From assembly GCA_003696505.1 (NCBI GenBank), contig RFHC01000063.1, positions 1-47,417 on the forward strand: a DNA stretch of 47,417 nucleotides. The letters run 5' to 3'. The notes beneath the pieces are model-generated. The model did not search any database and was not told the DNA's origin. It saw nothing but the letters and a program-made list of their open reading frames with translations. Shown here piece by piece: positions 1 through 8,257 of this stretch. Source of the DNA: Deltaproteobacteria bacterium (GTDB lineage: Bacteria; Desulfobacterota; Deferrimicrobia; J040). Numbering within the stretch: position 1 is the stretch's first letter; each line of letters begins with the position of its first letter. Both the position numbers and the translations under genes were made by a program.

Positions 1-555
1 CGGGAAGCCGATGACGGGCCTTCCGTAGGGATGCTTCCGGAAGAAGGTTGAGAAGAGGAGCTTCGTGGACACCCGGTCGGGGTCGTCCTCGTTCATCCGG
101 TACTCCTCGAGCACAACTTCCACTTCTTTCCTGAGCTCTTTCTCGTCGAAGACGGAATTTTCGAGGGTATCGGCGAGAATCTCCAGGGCGTTTTCCAGAT
201 ACCTCGAGGAAATGGTGATGTGATAGACGGTGTGATCAAAGGTGGTGTAGGCATTGATGTCTCCCCCCAGAGCCTCCACCTCCTTCGCTATCTCTCCGAC
301 CCCCCTCTTCTTCGTCCCCTTGAAGGCCATGTGCTCGAGGACGTGGGAAATTCCGGCATATTCGGGAGGCTCCGTGGCGGAACCTGCCTTTACCCACACC
401 TGCACGGCCACGATGGGGGAAAGGTGGTTTTCCTTCATCACGACGGTCATCCCGTTTTCCAGGGTGTACTTGACCCCTGACGCCAGAGCGGACGCGACGA
501 GCAGACAAAGGAATGCGGCTACGAAAGGAACAGTTCGGACGAACTTCTTCCTCAT
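1..555 (-). CDS. M16 (pitrilysin/insulinase) family zinc peptidase, N-terminal part. The C-terminus lies beyond the window edge.
   Basis: Absent from the ORF track because it runs off the edge. Reverse translation from the ATG at 555..553 gives MRKKFVRTVPFVAAFLCLLVASALA (signal peptide), then ...PEYAGISHVLEHMAFKGTKKR with the inverted zincin motif HxxEH (HVLEH). The frame stays open to position 1. Confidence 0.8.
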   Translation of the reverse strand, partial: MRKKFVRTVPFVAAFLCLLVASALASGVKYTLENGMTVVMKENHLSPIVAVQVWVKAGSATEPPEYAGISHVLEHMAFKGTKKRGVGEIAKEVEALGGDINAYTTFDHTVYHITISSRYLENALEILADTLENSVFDEKELRKEVEVVLEEYRMNEDDPDRVSTKLLFSTFFRKHPYGRPVIGFP

Positions 556-573
556 GTCGGTCTCCCTTCAGGT

Positions 574-1659
574 TCAATCTCCCTTCTCATCCCAGACGAA
601 CTTCCCCTTCTGAAATACCAGTTTCCCGTCGAAGTATATCTCCCCCTCCTTCCTCAGGTCCTTCACCATGTCCCAGTGGAGAGCGGAGTCGTTCTTTCCT
701 CCCGACTCGGCATAAGATTTCCCCAGCGCGATGTGGATGGTCCCTCCAATCTTCTCGTCGAAGAGGATGTCCCTCGTGTACCTCGTAATCCCGTCATTGT
801 AGCCAATTCCGAATTCCCCGGGAATCCGCGCCCCCCGGTCGGTGTCGATGAGAGCCTTCAGGAGTCCCTCGTTTTTCTCCGCCTTCGCCTCCACAACCCT
901 GCCCTTTCTGAAAACGAGGCGGATACCGGAAACCTCCCTCCCCCCGTAAATGGCAGGAAACTCGTAATATATCTCCCCTTCCACGCTTCCCTCGACGGGG
1001 GCCGTGAAAATTTCCCCGTCGGGCATGTTGCATTCCCCCGCGCAGATAATGGCTTTCCTCCCTTCGATAGAGAAGGTCAGGTCTGTCTCTCTCCCCACGA
1101 TTCGAACCACCTTCGTCTTTTCCATCACTCTTTTTATCCTCCTGAGCCTCCTCTCCATCTTCTTCCAGTCGACAAGGCAGGCGCCGAAGAGAAAATCCTC
1201 GTACTCCCCGAGGGACATCTCCGCTTCCTGCGCGAGGGCTGGCGTCGGGAAGTTCACGAGAACCCACCTGACACGCTTCATGATTGCGTCGGAGACGGGC
1301 TTCGTCGCTTTTCTCCGCCGGGAAATCTTCCGGGGGTCGACGCTCGTGAGCATCCTCGTATTGAGGGGCGAGTGGATGAAGATGGCACAGTCAATCTTCT
1401 TCGCCTCGTACAGTTTCGAAGGGGCGAGGAAGTCCACCTGAAAATCCCTGGCTTCCCTGTAAAATATCTCTCCCGCTTCGTCAAAGGAAACATCCAGAAG
1501 GGGATGCCCCCCCGCCCTGAGGACCTCTCTGTAACAGGCGAGGACGAGCGGTTTCGCCAGGTCGTTTCCCGACACTCTGACAACCTCTCCCCTCTTCACT
1601 CTGAGCGAGTGCCTGACGAGAATCTGTGCCAGCTTCGCCGTCCTTTCGTCCATCGTCAC
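574..1659 (-). CDS. M29 family aminopeptidase (AmpS/PepS/aminopeptidase T-like)
   Basis: 361-aa ORF with full-length resemblance to thermophilic M29 aminopeptidases. Recognisable blocks are PGEFGIGYN and GGTIHIALG...ALHWDMV in the C-terminal half. It overlaps the upstream gene by 4 nt. Confidence 0.85.
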   Translation of the reverse strand: MTMDERTAKLAQILVRHSLRVKRGEVVRVSGNDLAKPLVLACYREVLRAGGHPLLDVSFDEAGEIFYREARDFQVDFLAPSKLYEAKKIDCAIFIHSPLNTRMLTSVDPRKISRRRKATKPVSDAIMKRVRWVLVNFPTPALAQEAEMSLGEYEDFLFGACLVDWKKMERRLRRIKRVMEKTKVVRIVGRETDLTFSIEGRKAIICAGECNMPDGEIFTAPVEGSVEGEIYYEFPAIYGGREVSGIRLVFRKGRVVEAKAEKNEGLLKALIDTDRGARIPGEFGIGYNDGITRYTRDILFDEKIGGTIHIALGKSYAESGGKNDSALHWDMVKDLRKEGEIYFDGKLVFQKGKFVWDEKGD

Positions 1660-2240
1660 TCCTCCCTGAGCACTCTTATTTTCTTCGCCACTTCCTTCGC
1701 CCTCTCCACCTTCTCCCTCGCCTGACGGAGAACTTCCTCGTTTACCTGGTCCCGGGAAAAGGAGTAACAGGTATCTGCGAGAATCGGCGTGGACATCCAG
1801 AGTTGCCTCTCTTCTTCCAGGGTCAGGTCGAGAGCCCCTTCGAAAGAAGCGCCGATGACATTGTATGACCCGGAGAAGACGGCCCGGAAGGTGGACTCAA
1901 TCATCTCGAAGAGGTGGGTGCACCCCTCGACGCGGGGGATGAGCTGGCGGACCTTCTTGAGGACTCCTCTCTCGTAGACCCGGAGCCCCACGAGCCTCTT
2001 CACCGTCTCCGGCGGTTTCTCCTCGCACTGCGGGAAGGGAATCCTCTCCATGGACACGGCCGCGTCTTTCACTTCATAAGATTCATCAAGAAGGAGCGCG
2101 AGGGCAATGTCGTGGAAGTCGTCGTGCATCCGCGTGATGGCGAGAAACCCTCCGTCCACACGGTACATCTCGCACTTGACTATCCTCCCGAATGTCTGTT
2201 TCCTGTGCTTTGCCAGGGATGTCAATTCCTGAAAGTCCAT
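1656..2240 (-). CDS. DUF2889-like protein, function unknown
   Basis: 194-aa ORF with the VEGCTHLFEM block and the overall pattern I associate with DUF2889. It is tightly packed between nfo and the aminopeptidase. Confidence 0.65.
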   Translation of the reverse strand: MDFQELTSLAKHRKQTFGRIVKCEMYRVDGGFLAITRMHDDFHDIALALLLDESYEVKDAAVSMERIPFPQCEEKPPETVKRLVGLRVYERGVLKKVRQLIPRVEGCTHLFEMIESTFRAVFSGSYNVIGASFEGALDLTLEEERQLWMSTPILADTCYSFSRDQVNEEVLRQAREKVERAKEVAKKIRVLREE

Positions 2241-2243
2241 TTC

Positions 2244-3098
2244 CTACCTCCTGGCGATGCGCCTGAGTTTCTCGATGTTCCTCCTGTCGCTCTCTGCCGG
2301 GCTGTCCCCTTTCGGAGTCTCGATGATGAAGGGCACACCCTGAAACATTTCACTTTTAAGGAAGTTCGCAAAGCCCCTCCTGCCTATCTGCCCCTCGAGT
2401 ATGTGCTCGTGCCGGTCCACCCGGGACCCCATTTCCCTCTTCGAATCGTTCACGTGAATGACGCGAACGAGAGGCAAAAGCCCCAGCTCGTCCAGTTCGC
2501 GGAGGAAAGAATCGAACCCCTTTTTCGTGGCGATGTCGTATCCCGCAGCGAAGAGGTGGCACGTGTCGAGGCACACGGCGAGCCTCTCATCTCCTCCCGC
2601 CCGGTCGATGATTTCTCTCAGGTGCGAGAGGCGATACCCCAGCGAATTTCCCTGACCTGCCGTCACTTCCAGACAGAGTGTCACCCCCTTGACCCCCTCG
2701 AGAGCAGACCTGACAGAAAGCGCCACACGTGTGAGGGCCTCGTCAACGGAGGAATTCCCGCTGCTCCCCGGGTGGAGGACGACGTTTCCGATTTCCAGCG
2801 TCTCTGCCCGGCGAAGTTCGTCTCTCAACGATTCGATGGACCTCTCCCTCAACCTCTCGTCTTCAGAAGCCACGTTGATGAGGTAACTTGCGTGGGTTGC
2901 GACCACCCTGACGGGACTCTTCTCTCTCTCCCGGAAAAAAGCGTCCACTTCTTTTCCCGAAAGGGGTGGTGTCACCCATCTCGTCGGGAAACGGGCGAAT
3001 ATCTGAACCACGTCGCAACCGGCATCCTCGCCGTTTGCAAAGGCCCGGGAGATTCCTCCGGCGACGGAGACGTGGGCTCCAATGGCGGGACCTTTCAT
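2244..3098 (-). CDS. nfo: Deoxyribonuclease IV (AP endonuclease family 2)
   Basis: 284 aa with IGAHVSVAGG at the N-terminus. It also has the HASYLIN, VLHPGS, CLDTCHLFAAGYD and IHVNDSK metal-ligand blocks typical of Nfo TIM-barrel endonucleases. Confidence 0.9.
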   Translation of the reverse strand: MKGPAIGAHVSVAGGISRAFANGEDAGCDVVQIFARFPTRWVTPPLSGKEVDAFFREREKSPVRVVATHASYLINVASEDERLRERSIESLRDELRRAETLEIGNVVLHPGSSGNSSVDEALTRVALSVRSALEGVKGVTLCLEVTAGQGNSLGYRLSHLREIIDRAGGDERLAVCLDTCHLFAAGYDIATKKGFDSFLRELDELGLLPLVRVIHVNDSKREMGSRVDRHEHILEGQIGRRGFANFLKSEMFQGVPFIIETPKGDSPAESDRRNIEKLRRIARR

Positions 3099-3588
3099 GA
3101 CCTCTCTATCTCCACGAACTCGACCCGAAGGGGAGACGCCACCTCTACCAGGGCGTATGAGTTGACCGGCGTGAAGACCCTGTCCAGGAGCGACCCCGGA
3201 TTAATCAGGTGAATCCCATCCCTCACCTCGTGAAACCTCTCGTGTGTGTGCCCGAAAAAGATGGCGTCCACCTTCTCGTCCCGGAAAGCGTAGAGAATCT
3301 TCGAAACAATTCCGTGGGGAGACCCCCACCCGTGAATCACACCGATGCGCACGTCCCCTACCTGAAGGATTTCCCTCTTCGGATAACGCCGCTTGATATC
3401 GAGGGAGTCCATGTTTCCCGCAACGGCAATGACGGGGCGGACCTCTTCGAGCCCTCCAGGACGGGAAGGCCCACAACATCCCCGCAGTGGATGACGGCAT
3501 CCACCTCGCTGAGTCGTCCCCCCAGGACCTCAAGAACTTTCTCCCCGGTCAATTGATGGGTATCCGAGATGACGAGAAACTTCTTCAC
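3095..3588 (-). pseudogene. YfcE/MJ0936-type metallophosphoesterase interrupted by a 1-nt frameshift
   Basis: Two ORFs (3358..3588 and 3095..3412) in different frames encode the two halves of one phosphoesterase. The N-terminal half is MKKFLVISDTHQ...VIHCGDVV. The C-terminal frame reads LEEVRPVIAVAGNMDS...IHGWG...FGHTH...NPGS. The frames meet at the CCC run at 3452..3454, where one extra base would restore VLEG-LEEV. Confidence 0.7.
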
Positions 3589-3595
3589 ACACTCC

Positions 3596-3838
3596 CTACC
3601 CCTTTTTCTTTCTGTGACAGAGATAACACTTCCTGTATTTTGGAGGATGTTTCTCCATCTTCTGAATCGGATTTTCCGCCTCCTCTCCGTGACACGCCAG
3701 GCACTGGGCGTCGGTTGTAGCCGTCATGTGCGCCTCGTCAGTGGGAAGGTAACGAGGTTTCCCCGTGAGAGAGAGGACGACGAGGAGACCGACGACGAGG
3801 ACGACCATCATCAAGAAGTGGAGGTCTCTTTTCTTCAT
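3596..3838 (-). CDS. Small membrane-anchored diheme c-type cytochrome
   Basis: 80 aa. It has an N-terminal hydrophobic helix (FLMMVVLVVGLLVVLSL) and two CxxCH motifs (CLACH, CYLCH). An AGAGG RBS precedes the ATG. Confidence 0.7.
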   Translation of the reverse strand: MKKRDLHFLMMVVLVVGLLVVLSLTGKPRYLPTDEAHMTATTDAQCLACHGEEAENPIQKMEKHPPKYRKCYLCHRKKKG

Positions 3839-3929
3839 AAATTCAAACCTCTTCTGGAGATTTATAACTTATCCATTTTATACCCCCATCCAGACCATTT
3901 CCACACTCAGTTGGACGGGGAAAATCGAG

Positions 3930-3958
3930 TTGACACTTTTAGATAGAATTTTTAACAT
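3930..3958 (+). promoter_or_regulatory. Candidate sigma-70 promoter (TTGACA-N17-TAACAT)
   Basis: Perfect -35 hexamer at 3930..3935 and a 4/6 -10 hexamer at 3953..3958. It sits in the AT-rich gap upstream of the small ORF at 4015. Confidence 0.3.
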
Positions 3959-4014
3959 ATAAAGCATAATGGAACTTTTTTATACATATTAAGGAAGTCC
4001 GGGCAACGTAAAGG

Positions 4015-4212
4015 ATGAAAACGGTAACGGTTTACAGAGTCGACTACGTGAATCGGAGGAAAGTCCCCATCGGGACGGTCGTGGAGAGGAGGACGAAGGA
4101 GAGGGGCGACAACGCTCTTGGCCTTCTCCGCCTGGCGAGAAAACTCTACGCCCGTAACCTGGAGGACGCCCTCCACATCGCGATCGACTGGGACCAGGCA
4201 CGGTCAGGGTAA
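4015..4212 (+). CDS. Small basic hypothetical protein (65 aa)
   Basis: The ORF MKTVTVYRVDYVNRRKVPIGTVVERRTKERGDNALGLLRLARKLY... has protein-like composition. It lies in the only sizeable AT-rich gap of this region, downstream of a candidate promoter. No family recognised. Confidence 0.45.
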   Translation: MKTVTVYRVDYVNRRKVPIGTVVERRTKERGDNALGLLRLARKLYARNLEDALHIAIDWDQARSG

Positions 4213-4857
4213 TTCCTTACCCTTTTTCAGAACCCTTCTCATGTGGAGAATCCTCTCCACTTCCTCCTCCGGCAGAGGAGTCGTTTTTCCCACCTGACGG
4301 GCGATCATCATCGTTTTCAGGACCGACTCCGTCATCTCCACCTTCAGGTAAGCATCGAGAATCGATGACCCGAGTCCGATGACTCCGTGCCTCTCGAGAA
4401 GGAGAACGTCCGATTCACCGGCGTAACCGGAAACCTTATCAGCCAGGTCCCGGCTCGATGGGAGGGCGTAGGGAACAACCGGGACCTCTCCGGCCACGAG
4501 GAGGAGTTCAGCAACCTCTCTTAAGGGAAACTTTTCCTCAAGGAGCGTGTACGCTGTGGAGTAGGGGGGATGAGCGTGGAAGACGGCCCGGACGTCGGGA
4601 CGAACCCGGTAGATTTCCAGGTGAGTGGGGAGTTCGGAGGTAGGGTCCCCCTCCCCGTCTATGAGCTTTCCGTCTTCGCCGACGAGGAGAACGTCTTCCG
4701 GTTCCAGGAGACCTTTGGAAACACCCGACCGGGTGACGTAAATCCCCTCCTCCGTCCTGATACTTCCATTTCCCTCCGTTCCCGACACGAAACCCCGAGC
4801 CGCTGCGAGCCTGAAAACCCTTATAATTTCAATAATTTTTCCTCTGTCTCTGCTCAT
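4204..4857 (-). CDS. Class II aldolase/adducin family protein (fuculose-phosphate aldolase / MTRu-1-P dehydratase-like)
   Basis: 217 aa with GNGSIR, YVTRSGVSKG, TSELPTHLEIY and AVFHAHPPYSTA blocks typical of the class II aldolase fold. Confidence 0.85.
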   Translation of the reverse strand: MSRDRGKIIEIIRVFRLAAARGFVSGTEGNGSIRTEEGIYVTRSGVSKGLLEPEDVLLVGEDGKLIDGEGDPTSELPTHLEIYRVRPDVRAVFHAHPPYSTAYTLLEEKFPLREVAELLLVAGEVPVVPYALPSSRDLADKVSGYAGESDVLLLERHGVIGLGSSILDAYLKVEMTESVLKTMMIARQVGKTTPLPEEEVERILHMRRVLKKGKELP

Positions 4858-4870
4858 CCCCCCTCCTTTC

Positions 4871-5167
4871 TCAAGCCTCGCTCTCGGAGATTTTCAGATA
4901 CTCCTCAATTATATAGTCCCGAAACTTCCTCGCAGCAAGGGGACTGGTCGAGGAGGGTCTGAGGTACTCGAAGAAGCGACGACCCGTCGCATCCTCGTAA
5001 GGCCTGCTGGGAAAAGTGACGAAAGGTCCCCTGGCGCCGTTCCCTCGCCAGACGGCAAAGCCCGTGAGCTTGAGCCCGGCCAGGAGCCCCTCGTCGAAGT
5101 GAATCTCCACATCTGCCAGCTTTTTCTCGGGATGGCCCGACCTGTTCAGGATGAAGTTGATCCGCAT
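4871..5167 (-). CDS. Hypothetical protein, possibly SpoVG-like
   Basis: I chose the start at the ATG of MRINFILNR because AGGAGG lies 7 nt upstream. The pattern ADVEIHFDEGLLAGLKLTGFAVWRGNG..PFVTFPSRPY....RFFEYLRP....ARKFRDYIIEEY resembles the SpoVG beta-sheet and helix layout. This is recall only. Confidence 0.55.
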   Translation of the reverse strand: MRINFILNRSGHPEKKLADVEIHFDEGLLAGLKLTGFAVWRGNGARGPFVTFPSRPYEDATGRRFFEYLRPSSTSPLAARKFRDYIIEEYLKISESEA

Positions 5168-5214
5168 CTTCGCACCTCCTGTTTTTCCCGGAGAAGAGCG
5201 CAAAAGGCGTGCCG

Positions 5215-7647
5215 TCAGTAGAGGAGCTGGTAGGGGTCCACGTCGAATTCTATTCTCACGCCCCCCGACCTTCCCCTCCCCCGGAACTCAGCGGAAATCT
5301 CGCCCATGAGAGGCGCGAAGTCGAAATCGGGAGGAGCCTTGACGAGAATTTGATAGATATAGTTCCTCTTTATCCTCTTCACTGGCGCCGGAGATGGACC
5401 GAGAACCCTCACTTCCGACCTCTCTTCGAACCTCTCAAGGAGGAGTTCGGCCACTTCCTTCGCCCGTGAATTCACCGCCTCTTCCTTAAGCCCCGTGCAC
5501 CTGATGAGGAGGAGCCTCGTAAAGGGCGGATATCCCAGTTCAGCCCGGATGGAAAGCTCCATCTCCATGAACCCTTCGTAATCGTGCCGTGCCGCTGTCG
5601 TGATGGCGTAATGGTCCGGGTGGAAGGTCTGGATAATGACCTTCCCCGGTCTCTCTCTCCTTCCCGCACGCCCTGCCACCTGGGTGAGCACCTGGAAGGT
5701 CCTCTCGGCGGAGCGGAAGTCGGGGAAAGAGAGGGAAAGGTCCGCCAGGACCACCCCCACGAGGGTCACCCGGGGGAAGTCGTGTCCCTTGGCAATCATC
5801 TGCGTCCCCACGAGCACGTCGATTTCCCCCTCCTGCATCCGGCGGAGAATCTCTCCGTAGGCCCCCTTCCTCCTCACCGCATCAGAATCCATTCGTGCCA
5901 CCCTCCTGTCCTTCCAGCGCGATGAAACAAAAGCTTCGAGTCGCTCCGTGCCCAGACCGGGAGCGGCGATTTTCACTCCTCCGCACCGGGGGCAGGCAGC
6001 GGGCTCCTCCCTCATGTGTCCGCAGTAGTGGCAGAGGAGACCTCCAGCTTCCCTGTGGAGAGTGAGGGAAACGCTGCACTCTTCACACCTCTCGACGTGC
6101 CCGCAGTCGAGGCACATGACCCAGGGTGCGTAACCCCTCCTGTTTATGAAGAGCATCACCTTCTCTCCCCGGGAAAAGGCCTCCTCCATCGCCTCCACAA
6201 GTTTCCGGGAAAGATAGCGCCCCGGCCCCTTTCTCTCCACCGGATTGGAGAGGTCAACCACCTCTATGGAGGGGAGTCGGCTCTCGGCAACCCTCTCAGG
6301 GAGGGAAAGGTAAACGTAGGAGCCCGTTCTGGCGCGGAAATACGATTCCGCGGAAGGGGTGGCGGACCCGAGCAAAACGGGAATGGACAGGATGTTCCCC
6401 TTGAGAATCGCCAGGTCCCGGGCGTTGTACCTCACCCCGTCTTCCTGCTTGTATGCCTGGTCGTGCTCCTCGTCGACGACGATGATTCCCGTCTTCCTCA
6501 GCGGGACAAAAAGAGCACTCCTGGGTCCCAGGAGAACCCTCGTCTTCCCTTTCCGTGCCCTCTCCCAGAGGGTTTTCCTCTCTGCTGCCGTGAGCCGGGA
6601 GTGAAACACTCCCACCTCATCGCCGAACATCCTCTGGAATCTGCCCAGGGTGAGCGGGGTGAGAGCGATCTCCGGAATGAGGATGCAGGCTGAGTATCCC
6701 CTCGAGAGGGCCTTCTCCACCGCACGGAGGTAGACCTCCGTCTTCCCCGACCCCGTCACGCCGTGGAGGAGGAAAACCCCTCCCTCCCCCCTCTCCATCG
6801 CCTCTGTCACTCTCCTCAACGCCCTTTCCTGGTGCGGCGTGAGGGAAATCTCTTTCTCCTCCTCCCGAATCGACCCCTCGCCGCCGAGGACGACTTCCTC
6901 GGCAAGGACCTTCCGGAGAATCCCCCGTCCCTCGAGCCTCTCCACAACCCCGCCGGTCACCCCCGTTTCCTCCAGGAGTACTGACCTCTCCACCCTGCCC
7001 TTTTCCCTGACAAACGAGACCACCTTCAGGGCGCTGGGAGAGAGCCTCTCATCGGGGAAAGGCTCCCTCTCCATCTCCAGGAAGACCTTTACCTTCCCCT
7101 TCGCCTCCCTCCTGACTTCCGTCACCCTCCTGATAAAACCTTCCTTCACGAGCGACGCTACCTTCGAGTGGGGCGCGCGGTAACCGATTTTCCGCAAACC
7201 TCTCACTGCCTGAAGGGAGGATATTCCTTTCGCCAGCGTGAAAAGGGCGAGGGCTTCCTTTTCCCTCCCCGAAGCTTTCTCAAACCGGGAAAGCCCCTCC
7301 TCCGTTATCTGGTACCTCACCTTCTCCTCCCGGAAGAAACCGGGCGGAGTCATCACCTGGAGCATCTCCCCCGGCGAAACCCCGTAAAACCGCGCCGCCT
7401 CGATGACGAACTCCAGGTCCTCCTTCGAAAAGAGAGGCTCAGCGTCCAGGACGTCGATGATGGGGAGCGTCTTCTCCACTTCCGTCCTGTCGCTGACGGC
7501 AAAAACGACACCCGTCATCTGCCTCTTCCCGAAGGGGACGAAGACCCTCATCCCCTCGGCCGGGAGAATGGGAAGACCCTCCGGGACGGAATAGGTGAAG
7601 AGCCCCTCAACGGGAAGGGGTATGCAAACCTGAACGAAGGAACTCAC
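5215..7647 (-). CDS. priA: Primosomal protein N-prime (replication restart helicase PriA)
   Basis: 810 aa. It has Walker A (GVTGSGKTEVY), DEEH, the Cys-rich zinc insertion (CLDCGHVERCEECSVSLTLH...CHYCGH...CPRCG) and a C-terminal helicase lobe. Confidence 0.95.
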   Translation of the reverse strand: MSSFVQVCIPLPVEGLFTYSVPEGLPILPAEGMRVFVPFGKRQMTGVVFAVSDRTEVEKTLPIIDVLDAEPLFSKEDLEFVIEAARFYGVSPGEMLQVMTPPGFFREEKVRYQITEEGLSRFEKASGREKEALALFTLAKGISSLQAVRGLRKIGYRAPHSKVASLVKEGFIRRVTEVRREAKGKVKVFLEMEREPFPDERLSPSALKVVSFVREKGRVERSVLLEETGVTGGVVERLEGRGILRKVLAEEVVLGGEGSIREEEKEISLTPHQERALRRVTEAMERGEGGVFLLHGVTGSGKTEVYLRAVEKALSRGYSACILIPEIALTPLTLGRFQRMFGDEVGVFHSRLTAAERKTLWERARKGKTRVLLGPRSALFVPLRKTGIIVVDEEHDQAYKQEDGVRYNARDLAILKGNILSIPVLLGSATPSAESYFRARTGSYVYLSLPERVAESRLPSIEVVDLSNPVERKGPGRYLSRKLVEAMEEAFSRGEKVMLFINRRGYAPWVMCLDCGHVERCEECSVSLTLHREAGGLLCHYCGHMREEPAACPRCGGVKIAAPGLGTERLEAFVSSRWKDRRVARMDSDAVRRKGAYGEILRRMQEGEIDVLVGTQMIAKGHDFPRVTLVGVVLADLSLSFPDFRSAERTFQVLTQVAGRAGRRERPGKVIIQTFHPDHYAITTAARHDYEGFMEMELSIRAELGYPPFTRLLLIRCTGLKEEAVNSRAKEVAELLLERFEERSEVRVLGPSPAPVKRIKRNYIYQILVKAPPDFDFAPLMGEISAEFRGRGRSGGVRIEFDVDPYQLLY

Positions 7648-7774
7648 CCGACCACCCTCTTCTCCGACTCACCTGCCTCCGTTTCCGGGACAGGGTAGCT
7701 CCTTTTTCGATTTATATGAGTATACAGGGAAGCGGAAGCCTCTGGTAGAATTCGGAGGAAAGGGGGAGAAACCG

Positions 7775-8167
7775 TTGGGAAAGAGGGAAATTCTCGTCAC
7801 AGCAGGGGTGGTGGAAAAGGAGGGGAAGGTCCTCATCGCCCGCCGGGGGGACGGTCAACACCTGGCAGGCAGATGGGAGTTTCCCGGGGGGAAGGTGGAA
7901 GCCGGAGAAGACGGTCCAGCCTGCCTGAAAAGGGAACTTCAGGAAGAATTCGGCGTCATCGTGGAGGTGGGCGAATTTCTCGGAGAATTTCATCACGACT
8001 ACGGGGAGAAAAAAGTCGTCCTCCTCGCATACCGGGCGCGAATCATCCAGGGAAATCCCGACCCGAGGGAACACTCGGAAGTAGCGTGGGTGGAGAAGGG
8101 GGAGCTACTCGCCTACGACCTGGCAGAGGCAGACGTCCCCATCGCCCGCCTCGTCTCATCTCCATAA
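7775..8167 (+). CDS. NUDIX hydrolase, MutT-like
   Basis: 130 aa with a TTG start preceded by GGAGGAAAGGGGGAG. The Nudix box is GRWEFPGGKVEAGEDGPACLKRELQEEFGV. Confidence 0.85.
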   Translation: MGKREILVTAGVVEKEGKVLIARRGDGQHLAGRWEFPGGKVEAGEDGPACLKRELQEEFGVIVEVGEFLGEFHHDYGEKKVVLLAYRARIIQGNPDPREHSEVAWVEKGELLAYDLAEADVPIARLVSSP

Positions 8168-8257
8168 CCACATCACAGTTACCTCCGCCTCCTCTCTGAC
8201 GTGTCAAGGGCTTATAATAAAAGGATGAAGTGGATTCACCCATCGGGAGGAGGGGAT

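Noticed and set aside
676-1725. Long plus-strand ORF (349 aa) antisense to the M29 aminopeptidase. The same phenomenon occurs at 1914..3212, 6016..6693, 14957..16102, 16044..16988, 19618..20559 and 20649..21725.
   Set aside because: These are shadow ORFs of well-supported genes on the opposite strand. Their translations are Arg/Pro/Gly/His-rich with no recognisable motifs, as expected from stop-codon depletion in GC-rich antisense frames.
3952-4201. Two minus-strand ORFs (74 and 70 aa) antisense to the small ORF at 4015..4212.
   Set aside because: They have no RBS, and their products are Pro/Arg/Ser-rich. The plus-strand ORF has better composition and a candidate promoter, although it is itself only moderately supported.
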